From contig NW_027361804.1 of NCBI RefSeq assembly GCF_039654945.1, forward strand, positions 4,154,001 to 4,218,000: a stretch of 64,000 bases of DNA, given 5' to 3'. Shown here one piece after another: positions 1 to 14,183 of the stretch. The stretch's first letter is position 1, and each line of letters begins with the position of its first letter. A program made the position numbers and the translations under genes. The notes below the pieces were generated by a model. It saw only the letters and a program-made list of their open reading frames with translations. It was not told where the DNA came from and did not search any database. The stretch comes from Dendrobates tinctorius. Lineage: Eukaryota.

Positions 1-691
1 ATGTAGTATATATGTGTTATGTATGTAGCATGTAGCATGCATGTAGCATGCATGTAGTATATATGTAGTATATATGTGGTATGTATGTAGCATGCAGTAT
101 GTATGTAGTATGTATGTAGTATATATGTAGTATGTATGTTGCATGTAGTATTTATGTAGTATGAATGTAGCATGTATGTAGTATGTAGTATGAATGTAGC
201 ATGTATGTAGTATGCATGTTGTATGTATGTAGCATGTAATTTTTTTTTTTTTTTTTTTTACATTTAACACATTAGCCGGATGATGGGACTACTACTGTCC
301 CATCATTGGCTAATGTGTCAATCACTGTCATGGTAGCAGGCATCGCCCGATGGGACTTGTAGTCCCATCGGACGATGCCTGCACAGACCACCGGCAGGCC
401 GGCACAGCCCCCCGGCAGGCCGGCACAGCCCCCCGGCAGGCCGGCACAGACCACCGGCAGGCCGGCACAGACCCCCTGGCAGGCCGGCACAGCCCCCCGA
501 AAGGCCCGTACAGACCCCAGAGAGGCTGTACAAGGGCAGGAAAGGGTTTTTCTTATTCCGATACCGGAAGTCCCATAGACTTGAATGGGACTTCCGGTAT
601 CGGAATCGGCGATACCGATACTTTTTTTAAAGATCGCCCGATACCATCCGATACGATACTTTGAAGTATCGGACGGTATCGCTCAACTCTA
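1..691. mobile_element. End of a probable non-autonomous DNA transposon with internal simple and 23-24 bp repeats
   Basis: Internal hairpins (cattagcc-atgatgggac...gtcccatcat-ggctaatg; ccgatgggac...gtcccatcgg; ccggaagtcccat...atgggacttccgg). Ends CGCTCAACTCTA, a terminus type I associate with frog elements. The left end is outside the window. Confidence 0.4.
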
Positions 692-1121
692 CTGATAAGT
701 AATTATTAATTCCGATAATCTGCACATTGCGGAGGCAGAAGACTCTGGATGATCAGGACAAGCTCACATTCCTCGTGTTAGGTCACAGTCATCGCTTCTG
801 TCTCTATTCTCATTAACAGAAGCTAAAAACCTAAACTTTTCCCATTACCCCTCACCCCCAATATTGTATAAAAACACGATATGAAATCAGTTTTTGTAAA
901 AATAATTAAAAAAAAAAAACCCTCGGTATTGGCTATGACTCTGCCCCATGAAGAGCAGCGCCCCCAATATGGCCGCCACGTCCACGCTATCATCGGTTAT
1001 CACTCATCGTCCCCAAGTTGAATCCCTTCGATCCCGATGACTTCACTTCCACAATTGTCCGTTTTGGTCGGTTCCCGCATCGTCAGGTGCTGGGGGTCTT
1101 CGAACCCTCATGGCCCCCCAA

Positions 1122-1263
1122 TTACTGGAGAAACCCGAGGACGTATTCTCCGATGCCGATGAAATACACAACTTGGGCAATTCCAAAGAGAGGAGCGATG
1201 ACCAGCGCCCGGCACCAGGCCCCCTTCATGAATGCCGTCGGACCCTCATTCCGCCATATCTTC
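1122..1263 (-). CDS. slc25a18: slc25a18 coding exon 9 (stop)
   Basis: [46 protein letters not shown]; TAA at 1124-1122. Confidence 0.94.
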
Positions 1264-4200
1264 CTGTTTGAAGAAGCAAAAAGAAAAGCGCAGGGTCAGC
1301 GCAGGGTCCTGTCTCCGGTATTGGGGTCTCCGGTCAGCGCGGCCCACCTGGCGCAGTCCACGATCCCGCTGTACGTGTCTTCCCCGTGCCCCTTCTTCAG
1401 GGTCTGGATCCGCGTCTTCAGCACTAAATGAGACGCAGAGTTAAGGGTCCAGGACAGAGACACCGACAGGACCGGTCACCAGCCAGGCCGGGACAATCCC
1501 TCTAAGACGAGGAAGCTGCTTTACACCCCGCAAGTAGAGAAGACTCACCGTCCAGAGGCGTCACCGCGACGGCCGCCACCGAGCCAGCAACGCACCCGGC
1601 CATGAAGGAATGGTAAAATGGCGCCTTCTCCCACGGAGACGTCTGTCCGAGTTTGTTAATGTTGGCGAAGAGGGGAAAATAGATGATGGAGAAAGGAACG
1701 TCCCTGCGGACGAGACAAGATCCCGCTGTGACGCAGGCAGTCCATGCTGATGGCAGTGTGCCGGATTATTGGACAACCCCCTGCTAATCCGGAAGGTTAC
1801 TACATTGGGATTAGCTTTACCTCCTTACCTCAGCAGCGTGGCCCCCAGACCCTTATAGACCCCCGATACTCCCTGAGTCCGGAGCAGATCTCTCGCGATC
1901 AGCAGGGCGGAGGGTCTCTGAGGAGCGGCGGCTGCTGCGTCTCCGGCTGCAACCTTCTGTTTTGCTAAAGACAAAAAAAGAATAAAACCCAAAATCATTT
2001 CATGATCCAATTCATGTAGCAGCTGCAAAGGCCTGCAAGAGAGCGGTGTCCACAAAACGGCACGGGAGCAAGGCTACGTAATGTGGACTGTGGCAGCATT
2101 TCTATAGTGTAGAAAAGAGGGTCAAAAAGATTAAAAATGAATACTGGGGAAGGATTCTTTACAGTATAAGGAGTGAAGGTAAAATCCATGCAAAGGCAAT
2201 ATCCCAACTGACCACCAGGGGGCGAGAGACAAAACCCAGCGCTGCCACCTAGTGGCCTTGTGTGCAGGTGCATTCGAAAGAGTTATAACTACGGAGTACC
2301 CAGGCGGCCGGCATCCTGCAGCTGGATCTTCAGCATCTCCATAGGCGACGTGACCACCACCTGGCAGGTCCCAGCACCGCAGCCGGCCATCATCTCCCGC
2401 ACCAACGTCAGCTCCTTCCTGCAACCAAAAGAGGAAATGTCAGCGAACGACCAGAGCGTCTCTTCCGCATCAAAGTCTGTGACCCCTCTCTCCCCTCTTC
2501 CTGCCATTACTCATTTCCACAGGTCGCCCACTCACCCGATTGTCACCCCATTGATCGAAAACGGCAGATTCCACATGAAATTCCCATTCAATATCATCTG
2601 CTAATCCGAAAGGTTCACAAACTTTTACCACTTACAGCGTGCGATATAGAAAATGCTACAGGAAAATATCTACAGAAGGGCCCAGAATAAAGAAGGACGA
2701 CAACATCTAAAGAAAGACGCACCCCTCCTGGGACAGAACATTCCGGAAAAAGTCATTGGCTGCTAGTTTTATAGCCTTCTCTGGAGTCACCAGGGTGAGA
2801 TTCACAGCAGCCCCTGTACAGGAGGAGAAAGACATAATTATACCGCCCCCTATGTACAAGAATATAACTACTATACTACTGCTCCTATGTACAAGAATAT
2901 AATTACTATAATACTGCCCCCTATGTACAAGAATATAACTACTATAATACTGCCCCCTATGTACAAGAATATAACTACTATACTACTGCCCCCTATGTAC
3001 AAGAATATAACTACTATAATACTGCTCCTATGTACAAGAATATAACTACTATAATACTGCTCCTATGTACAAGAATATAACTACTATAATACTGCCCCCT
3101 ATGTACAAGAATATAACTACTATACTACTGCCCCCTATGTACAAGAATATAACTACTATAATACTGCTCCTATGTACAAGAATATAATTACTATAATACT
3201 GCCCCCTATGTACAAGAATATAACTACTATACTACTGCCCCCTATGTACAAGAATATAACTACTATACTACTGCCCCCTACGTACAAGAATATAACTACT
3301 ATAATACTGCCCCTATGTACAAGAATATAACTACTATAATACTGCTCCTATGTACAAGAATATAACTACTATAATACTGCCCCCTATGTACAAGAATATA
3401 ACTACTATAATACTGCCCCTTATGTACAAGAATATAACTACTATAATACTGCTCCCTATGTACAAGAATATAACTACTATAATACTGCCCCCTATGTACA
3501 AGAATATATCTACTATAATACTGCCCCCTATGTACAAGAATATAACTACTATAATACTGCCCCCTCTGTACAAGAATATAACTACTATAATACTGCTCCT
3601 ATGTACAAGAATATAACTACCATAATACTGCCCCCTATGTACAAGAATATAACTACTATAATACTGCCCCTATGTACAAGAATATAACTACTATAATACT
3701 GCTCCTATGTACAAGAATATAACTACTATAATACTGCCCCCTATGTACAAGAATATAACTACTATAATACTGCTTCCTATGTACAAGAATATAACTACTA
3801 TAATACTGCCCCCTATGTACAAGAATATAACTACTATAATACTGCCCCCTATGTACAAGAATATAACTACTATAATACTGCCCCTATGTACAAGAATATA
3901 ACTACTATAATACTGCTCCCTATGTACAAGAATATAACTACTATAATACTGCCCCCTATGTACAAGAATATAACTACTATAATACTGCCCCCTATGTACA
4001 AGAATATAACTACTATAATACTGCCCCTATGTACAAGAATATAACTACTATAATACTGCTCCCTATGTACAGAATATAACTACTATAATACTGCCCCCTA
4101 TGTACAAGAATATAACTACTATAATACTGCTCCTATGTACAAGAATATAACTACTATAATACTGCCCCTATGTACAAGAATATAACTACTATAATACTGC

Positions 4201-6113
4201 TCCCCATGTACAAGAATATAACTACTATAATACTGCCCCCTATGTACAAGAATATAACTACTATAATACTGCCCCTATGTACAAGAATATAACTACTATA
4301 ATACTGCTCCCTATGTACAGAATATAACTACTATAATACTGCCCCCTATGTACAAGAATATAGCTACTATAATACTGCCCCTATGTACAAGAATATAACT
4401 ACTATAATACTGCCCCCTATGTACAAGAATATAACTACTATAATACTGCCCCCTATGTACAAGAATATAACTACTATAATACTGCCCCCTATGTACAAGA
4501 ATATAACTACTATAATACTGCCCCCTATGTACAAGAATATAACTACTATAATACTGCCCCCTATGTACAAGAATATAACTACTATAATACTGCCCCTATG
4601 TACAAGAATATAACTACTATAATACTGCTCCCTATGTACAGAATATAACTACTATAATACTGCCCCCTATGTACAAGAATATAACTACTATAATACTGCT
4701 CCTATGTACAAGAATATAACTACTATAATACTGCCCCTATATACAAGAATATAACTACTATAATACTGCTCCTATGTACAAGAATATAACTACTATAATA
4801 CTGCCCCCTATGTACAAGAATATAACTACTATAATACTGCCCCCTATGTACAAGAATATAACTACTATAATACTGCTCCTATGTACAAGAATATAACTAC
4901 TATAATACTGCTCCTATGTACAAGAATATAACTACTATAATACTGCCCCCTATGTACAAGAATATAACTACTATAATACTGCCCCTAGGAATGTTCCTCC
5001 TCATTTCTCACCTCTGTACATTCCAAAAAATCCTTCTGATCGCACCGTCTTTATCAGGCAATCAAACCTGCGGGTGATTACATAGCAGTGTTAGATTAGT
5101 GCACAATCCTGCGTGTTCCTTGAGGCGTTAAATATCTGGGGTCACATTTCACCTACTGAATCTGTTCATCCTGATCTTCCAGGCTCACATGCAGAGAGTC
5201 TGGTGCAGTATAATAACGCAGGACGATGGCGGTATTTATAACGGCGGCTCCCGTGATCTCGCATTTTTCTCATATCTGACGTTTTGCCTTGTGGACAAGG
5301 ATGAACCCTGTGACATTACCCACTTCTAGCGTCGTGTCTGTAGGTGACAGGTGCACTGTATACACCCGTACATGGGACGTCTAAGTGTCCGGCGTCTGCC
5401 CCGCCTGGTATCCCGGCTGCAGCCGCATCATTACCCATGCAAACCTCCATTGTGGCGCAGACTTTTCCTGCGCTGCACCTTTCCTCTGGATTGCTCTTCC
5501 CCTAGATGTCAGGGATATAATGTATCAGCAGGGACACGACTGCTGTACATAGCACTCAGTGACAGTTCGCGGAGCGCGCTGTCGGGGTGCGGTCAATAAT
5601 AACAGATTTTGTAACATTTTGGATGTGGCAGAGCGTGAGTCATCCTCGGGGAGGAAGGGCAGATGCCATTGAAGGAAATGATGTTTGTGTGCCAGTCTGA
5701 GAGTCAGGACCTGAAGCCGACAACGTGAAGATCAACTTTTTACGGCACAACGCTTTTGATCGCAGGACCACGCGGGCAGATCCCGCTTCTTAAAGGGGCA
5801 GTAGTAAAACCTGGAGATTTAGGGCACTTAAAGGGAATGTGTTGTCACCATGTGCACGGCCGTCCCCAGGGTGGCGGCACTTACATGCCTCTGTAGATGC
5901 CCTGACCCTGCTGGTTCTGTAGTCGCGTCTTGGCGAGGTCGATGGGAAAGACACAGGTGACGCCCACAAGTCCGGCGATTCCGCCATTGATCAGTTTTGC
6001 AGGTAAGCTGTAATATAGAGGTTCCAATGTCAGCAGATACAGGGCTCCCCTCCCCCACATAAGGCTTAGTATCGGACGTGTCGCCTGCGCGCTCACCTGA
6101 TCTTCTCAGCCAT
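1122..6113 (-). CDS. slc25a18: Mitochondrial glutamate carrier 2 (SLC25A18); 9 coding exons, 915 nt, 304 aa
   Basis: Exons 6097-6113, 5885-6007, 5012-5067, 2723-2813, 2300-2418, 1829-1964, 1549-1703, 1348-1423 and 1122-1263 join in frame with GT-AG introns. Three carrier signatures are present ([30 protein letters not shown]). Assigned to A18 rather than paralog A22 by its position directly downstream of cecr2 on the same strand, as in human. Confidence 0.93.
1348..1423 (-). CDS. slc25a18: slc25a18 coding exon 8
   Basis: [24 protein letters not shown]. Confidence 0.94.
1549..1703 (-). CDS. slc25a18: slc25a18 coding exon 7
   Basis: [19 protein letters not shown]...AAVAVTPLD; donor gtgagt. 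Confidence 0.94.
1829..1964 (-). CDS. slc25a18: slc25a18 coding exon 6
   Basis: [30 protein letters not shown]; donor gtaagg. Confidence 0.92.
2300..2418 (-). CDS. slc25a18: slc25a18 coding exon 5
   Basis: [32 protein letters not shown]. Confidence 0.95.
2723..2813 (-). CDS. slc25a18: slc25a18 coding exon 4
   Basis: [23 protein letters not shown]; ag/gtgcgt boundaries. Confidence 0.94.
2838..4986 (+). repeat. 35-36 bp minisatellite (family A) filling an slc25a18 intron
   Basis: TATGTACAAGAATATAACTACTATAATACTGCCCCC, ~60 copies. Confidence 0.97.
5012..5067 (-). CDS. slc25a18: slc25a18 coding exon 3
   Basis: [18 protein letters not shown]; ag/gtgag boundaries. Confidence 0.93.
5885..6007 (-). 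CDS. slc25a18: slc25a18 coding exon 2
   Basis: [32 protein letters not shown]; ag/gtaagt boundaries. Confidence 0.95.
6097..6113 (-). CDS. slc25a18: slc25a18 coding exon 1 (MAEKIS)
   Basis: ATG at 6113-6111, donor gtgagc. An acceptor at 6164-6165 implies a further upstream UTR exon. Confidence 0.85.
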
Positions 6114-6604
6114 ATTTCCCTTCTGTGGTTGTCACGTTGTGAGCAGCAGTCCCGGTCCTTGGCCTATAGGGGGAGACAGTGAGCCGGAGAGAAATCCATC
6201 ATTTCTTGGTGACTCCCCGTTTTCCTCAGGTGCAGTACTCCACCACTGCTGCAGGTGGCGCCATTTACACATTTCACAACACTGACACCTGCTGTTCGTT
6301 AGGGGTACTACACCAACTTGCAACTCAAAACTCTGGAGCTGTTGTGAAACTACAACTGCCAGCACGGAAAGCAACTGGAACTTTCCCAATGTTTACCCAG
6401 GAGTCGCCACATGTGACCTCCGCACACAGCGCTGTGCACACACTGCGGCCCCTCATCCCTGCGCACGAGGCGGCGACTACAGAGGAGCGGAGGCGCACCT
6501 AACTACCACCCGCTGACCCCACAGGTGACCTCTGACCCCATCACCTGTACCCAGCAGGTCAGCTGACCACCCTACAGGTGAAGGTGCATCCACACACAGT
6601 GTAC

Positions 6605-7459
6605 CACACAGGAGAGGATTAGATACACGGCTCAGCAGTCAGTATCACACAGGAGAGGATTAGATACACGGCTCAGCAGACAGTATCACACAGGAGAGGA
6701 TTAGATACACGGCTCAGCAGACAGTATCACACAGGAGAGGATTAGATACACGGCTCAGCAGACAGTATCACACAGGAGAGGATTAGATACACGGCTCAGC
6801 AGTCAGTATCACACGGGAGAGGATTAGATACACGGCTCAGCAGTCAGTATCACACGGGATAGGATTAGATACACGGCTCAGCAGTCAGTATCACACGGGA
6901 GAGGATTAGATACACGGCTCAGCAGTCAGTATCACACGGGAGAGGATTAGATACACGGCTCAGCAGTCAGTATCACACGGGAGAGGATTAGATACACGGC
7001 TCAGCAGTCAGTATCACACGGGATGGGATTAGATACACGGCTCAGCAGTCAGTGTCACACGGGAGGGGATTAGATACACGGCTCAGCAGTCAGTATCACA
7101 CGGGAGGGGATTAGATACACGGCTCAGCAGTCAGTATCACACAGGAGGGGATTAGATACACGGCTCAGCAGTCAGTATCACACAGGATAGGATTAGATAC
7201 ACGGCTCAGCAGACAGTATCACACAGGATAGGATTAGATACACGGCTCAGCAGACAGTATCACACAGGATAGGATTAGATACACGGCTCAGCAGTCAGTA
7301 TCACACAGGAGAGGATTAAATACACGGCTCAGCAGTCAGTATCACACAGGAGAGGATTAGATACACGGCTCAGCAGTCAGTATCACACAGGAGAGGATTA
7401 GATACACGGCTCAGCAGACAGTATCACACAGGAGAGGATTAGATACACGGCTCAGCAGA
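6605..7459 (+). repeat. 41-bp minisatellite
   Basis: CACACAGGAGAGGATTAGATACACGGCTCAGCAGTCAGTAT, ~21 copies. Confidence 0.97.
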
Positions 7460-8094
7460 TGATATAACAGATTCTAGGTGGAAGTAAATTAAAAGAAAAA
7501 GTTGTAATAAAGTTTATTACAGACTCCCAGAACTTTCCGTTCTATAATTTCTCTTTGCGCCGCAGTTCCTACATGAAGGGGTTAATCTTCCGTGCCCCTC
7601 ACTACTGTGGCCCCCATTAGATGCTCCTGGTGTAGAATAATTTCCGCTACCATGGCGACCTTTGATGCGCTGCCCATCGCCATGGAGACAATTTGGCGGC
7701 AGCGTGAAGCTAAATCTAGGCCAGGCCTGAGGCCTTTGTGACTAATGAGTCAGTAGCAGCTGAGACCTGAAAACAGTTTAACCCCTTCATGGCGATGTGA
7801 CAGAGACCTCCAGGAGGTGACGGCCCCCCATGTCCGGGGGCAGATGATGGCGGTGATCTGCCGGTCATCTCCTCGTTGCTCAATGTTGCGGTTCAGGTCA
7901 TTGTCGTCTCCGCTGGCAACGACCCCCTCATATTAATGATTACACAGCCGCTTCTTCCTGACCGAGACCACGAGTGAGCGCCACGTAATTCTGCTATAAT
8001 ACGGCCACCTGGACAATAAGGGCCAGTAGCACCGCCATATTGGGAGCTGTGGTGTCAGTAGGGTCACACTACGCAGAGCGGAGAAATGGTGCAG

Positions 8095-8256
8095 GCCCAA
8101 AGCCTGAGGCTGCACTACTGAGACTGACAGCTCGCTCTGTCCTCGTCTGTCATGATCCCCCAGTTGGCGCCCACCTCAGTGCTGACCCCAACCATTGATG
8201 CAGATGCTTTTTAGATCTAGGTCTCGTCTCAGTAGTGCAGCCTCAGGGTTGGGCCC
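8095..8256. repeat. Inverted repeat / MITE-like remnant
   Basis: ggcccaaagcctgaggctgcactactgagac (~8095-8125) is nearly the reverse complement of gtctcagtagtgcagcctcagggttgggcc (~8226-8255). Confidence 0.6.
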
Positions 8257-8636
8257 GGCAGACATTACTGCATCCTAAGGGGCACATTGACAAACTAGAA
8301 AGAAATTTGGAGATTCTTCATTGAGGCCGACCATCACGGGTCCGTCCTAGTATTGGCCTCATCATATGGGGCCCCTGCAAGGTACCAGGGTCCAGGTGCA
8401 CCTCCTACACCCACTATAGTTATGCCCCCATGGAAGCGTTTTTGTGAGAGGTGGGCAAACAGGACGACTCCGTCCCCGCAGTCCATCCCATGAGGCTCCA
8501 TTCCATCATGGAGGTCCACATGGCGCCGTGCAAAGATCAGGTATCTCCCCGCCCGCCAAAGCTCACAGATCCCAAAACGTTACAGATCAGGAGCCATTTT
8601 TATTTGCTTTTTTCTTTAAGGTCCCCCCCCCCCCCC

Positions 8637-8669
<33 letters not shown>

Positions 8670-9324
8670 AAAACAGGGCCGACAATGGACCGCACCACAG
8701 CGGTGAACATCGTCCGTCCTTACGTCAAGATTCACCACAATTGAAAACAAATGTCTAAGAAAAATTCCAAAAATTCCACTACAAAAAGCGACCGATCGTC
8801 GCTGCCAGATCCGTAGTTGGAGAAGTACTTACAAAGTTCTGACTTTCTTACCCTTGTCAGTGCCGCGGTGGTCTCCACGCAAACACAAAACCACGGTTTC
8901 CTCAAAATTTTCTAAAAAAGAAAAAAAAAAAAAAGTTAAAAAGGAAACGAAAACTTTGTGTAGGGGCAGAACACCCGGCGTGTGCGCTGCGACCTGGGGG
9001 TGGTAGGAGATGTAGCAGAGCTGGATGCAGATCGGTATCAGGACACTCACCAGGTACTGCACCTCACACTGCTCACCCCGCTATCTGCTCCTCTGCTGGG
9101 ACTCCCAAGAGCAAGATCCTGGGCTTGGTCTCTGGGAGGGACAGGAAGAGCAAGAGGAGGAGAGACCGGCACCAGGGCTCCAAAGTGCAAGTCAGAAACT
9201 ACAAGCCGGGTCTGGAGCTGGAGGCTCAATCCAGTGATGAGAGAACGTCCCAAATACTTCACACGAATGTCAAATAACGCCGAATACACAGAGCAACGTC
9301 AGAGGAAATACTGCAGCAAAGAAG

Positions 9325-10811
9325 TATAAAACTGCTATAATACTGCCCCTATGTACAAGAATATAACTACTATAATACTGCTCCTGTGTACAAGAATATA
9401 TCGACTATAATACTGCTCCTATGTACAAGAATATAACTACTATAATACTGCCCCTATGTACAAGAATATAACTACTATAATACTGCTCCTGTGTACAAGA
9501 ATATATCGACTATAATACTGCTCCTATGTACAAGAATATAACTACTATAATACTGCCCCTATGTACAAGAATATAACTACTATAATACTGCCCCTATGTA
9601 CAAGAATATAACTACTATAATACTGCTCCTGTGTACAAGAATATATCGACTATAATACTGCTCCTATGTACAAGAATATAACTACTATAATACTGCTCCT
9701 ATATACAAGAATATAACTACCATAATACTGCCCCTATGTACAAGAATATAACTACTATAATACTGCTCCTATGTACAAGAATATAACTACTATAATACTG
9801 CTCCTATATACAAGAATATAACTACCATAATACTGCCCCCTATGTACAAGAATATAACTACTATAATACTGCTCCCTATGTACAAGAATATAACTACCAT
9901 AATACTGCCCCTATGTACAAGAATATAATTACTATAATACTGCCCCTATGTACAAGAATATAACTACTATCATACTGCTCCCTATGTACAAGAATATAAC
10001 TACCATAATACTGCCCCCTATGTACAAGAATATAACTACTATAATACTGCCCCCTGTACAAGAATATAACTACCATAATACTGCCCCCTATGTACAAGAA
10101 TATAACTACTATAATACTGCTCCTATGTAGAAGAATAACTACTATAATACTGCCCCTATGTGCAAGAATATAACTACTATAATACTGCCCCTATGTACAA
10201 GAATTTAACTACTATAATACTGCCCCTATGTACAAGAATATAACTACTATAATACTGCCCCTATGTACAAGAATATAACTACTATAATACTGCCCCTATG
10301 TACAAGAATATAACTACTATAATACTGCCCCTATGTACAAGAATATAACTACTATAATACTGCCCCTATGTACAAGAATATAACTACTATAATACTGCCC
10401 CCTATGTACAAGAATATAACTACTATAATACTGCTCCTATGTAGAAGAATAACTACTATAATACTGCTCCTATGTACAAGAATATAACTACTATAATACT
10501 GCCCCTATGTACAAGAATATAACTACTATAATACTGCCCCCTATGTACAAGAATATAACTACTATAATACTGCTCCTATGTAGAAGAATAACTACTATAA
10601 TACTGCCCCTATGTACAAGAATATAACTACTATAATACTGCCCCTATGTACAAGAATATAACTACTATAATACTGCCCCTATGTACAAGAATATAACTAC
10701 TATAATACTGCCCCCTATGTACAAGAATATAACTACTATAATACTGCTCCTATGTAGAAGAATAACTACTATAATACTGCCCCTATGTACAAGAATTTAA
10801 CTACTATAATA
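9325..10811 (+). repeat. 35-36 bp minisatellite (family A)
   Basis: Same unit as 2838-4986, ~42 copies. Confidence 0.97.
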
Positions 10812-11172
10812 CGGTCTTCTCAAATATCTAAAGGATCCGTACCACCTGCAAAAAACCAAGCCTGTGTCTCCTTTAGCAACACAGTATAAGGGGTTAATAT
10901 TTCCGGATGAGTTGCACTAGATATAATTGAGCGGCCGCCAAGCATAAGGTAAACATCACTGAGCGTCTGGGGAGGCGTTACTTACTTCCAAAATGACGGC
11001 ATAGGAGGTGTGGGGTGTCATCACATCCAAATCAGAAACCTCACACTCCAGTAATATAATTCTCAAGAGTTTCATGTACAGGGGGGGGCAAGAAAGGAAA
11101 TATGTGCATGGAAATAAAGTATGTGAACCCCAAGTATTCCTTACACTCCATAAACCTCTGAAAAGATACATA

Positions 11173-12602
<1,430 letters not shown>

Positions 12603-12798
12603 TAGACTGTCTTTACATGGGACTGTCGGTCCGAGCGTCGTGTTCCCCGTGATCATCACTGGCGTTTTTGCGCCATTCCTCCGTTTTTCTTCTTGGACAT
12701 GAGCCAGTGAGTGACCGCCGCGGCCATTATGGGGGCGACAGTCACTGACCGGACGGGTAAAGAAGAGACCAGAGAGCAGACTGAAGCCACCTAACGTG

Positions 12799-12804
12799 TT
12801 TATT
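12799..12804 (-). terminator. Probable cecr2 polyadenylation signal (AATAAA)
   Basis: tttatt on + at 12799-12804, with a second at 12868-12873, ending an AU-rich ~1.4 kb 3' UTR. Confidence 0.55.
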
Positions 12805-13118
12805 CTAATACCGGGCTTGTACAGTGCAGCGGCGCGGACCCCCGATCTCCGGCACTCGGCCTTCCCTTTTATTATAGAATAAAATTAGAATTAAAAAAAA
12901 AAAAAATTCATCTTAAATCAGGAACGCTGGACTCGACCGATGCGACTTCTCCCGCTCAGGGCGGCCGATGAGGTAATTGGAGGTTGTGTGACGCAAAGCA
13001 CCAAAATAATTCATACAAATATATACAGACAATAAAATAGTACAAAAAATAAATACAATTCACATTCTGTGGGAGAATACTTGTAGACAAGGGGGCGGGG
13101 CTAAACACCTGAAGTATC

Positions 13119-13565
13119 AGGGCATGCTGGTCCTTGTAGTTTTGCAACAGCTAATGCAAAACTATAACTCCCAGCAAGCCCTGACAGTCCAGCTAATGCA
13201 AGACTACACGTACCAGCAAGCCCTGACAGTCCAGCTAATGCAAGACTACAAGTACCAGCAAGCCCTGATACTGCTAGTGTTGTAAATCCTACAATCTTAC
13301 AGCATTCCCCAGCCTCAGCTGTTGCAAAACTACAACTCCCAGCATGCTCTGACGGGACAGCTTAAGCCAGAGTATGCTGGAAGATGTAGGTTTTTAACAT
13401 TTGAAATATCAAGGCATGCTGGTACTTGTAGTCTTGCATTAGCTATACCGTCAGCACATGCTGGTACTTGTAGTCTTGCATTAGCTATACCGTCAGCACA
13501 TGCTGGTACTTGTAGTCATGCATTAGCTGGACCATGCTGGGCATTCTGGAGGTTGTAGCTTTGCA
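13119..13565. repeat. Nested palindromic (MITE-derived) repeats in the cecr2 3' UTR
   Basis: agctaatgcaagactacaagtaccagca copies (~13149-13260) face their reverse complements tgctggtacttgtagtcttgcattagct (~13416-13528). Confidence 0.8.
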
Positions 13566-14177
13566 AAAGCCAGGAATTAAAAGGTTAAATATAGTTGATC
13601 TGTGCAATTTTAGAAAAACAATGCAAGGATAATTTAAAGGGACAGCGATTCTGCGGAGCCGGGACTGTGCCGCACCCACTGCATTCACTCCAATTCATGT
13701 GTAAATCCATCAGTCTGTTGTAGGGCTCCACCTGGTGGACAGCAGCGTTACTGCAGATATCACATCCCCCTTTACCAGATGCGTTCGTTGTTGCACAAAA
13801 CTTCCAGCAACACACTTTGCTCTTGTCGTTTTTTACAATCCGCCTCACGCTGCATTTCACCGTTCTTCATCATTTTCTTCTGCCATCAGCCCCTCCAACG
13901 TGACACCCAGAAAATAACACCGAAAATTTTTTTTTTCAAAAGTTCAGTCCCCAAAAATAATAAGTGTTGAAGGCAGCAATGAGTGGAGTGGACACAGGGC
14001 GCCGCGGGCACCGAGTACGGGGATTCCTGAGAACATTGACTCCATGAACCTCACCAGGAGGGGGCGCCGCATAATCCGACCGGTCTCTGCTGGACACTCG
14101 GCATAGGGGGGCCGGGAGAGGAGCCCCCAGAAGGCACGGACCACGGTGCTGAGACGGAGTCCCGAATTTCACCAGCG

Positions 14178-14183
14178 CTATGT
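14178..14183 (-). CDS. cecr2: cecr2 terminal exon, coding part (T*)
   Basis: Acceptor ctccttcatttttccggcag followed by ACA TAG. Confidence 0.7.
   Translation of the reverse strand, partial: T

Noticed and set aside
1018-1431. 137-aa plus-strand ORF
   Set aside because: Antisense to slc25a18 exons 8-9 and begins at a non-ATG codon.
8829-9329. Separate small gene between slc25a18 and cecr2
   Set aside because: No recognisable protein. Minus-strand donor-like sites (~8831, ~8851, ~9050) could mark slc25a18 5' UTR exons, but this needs transcript data.
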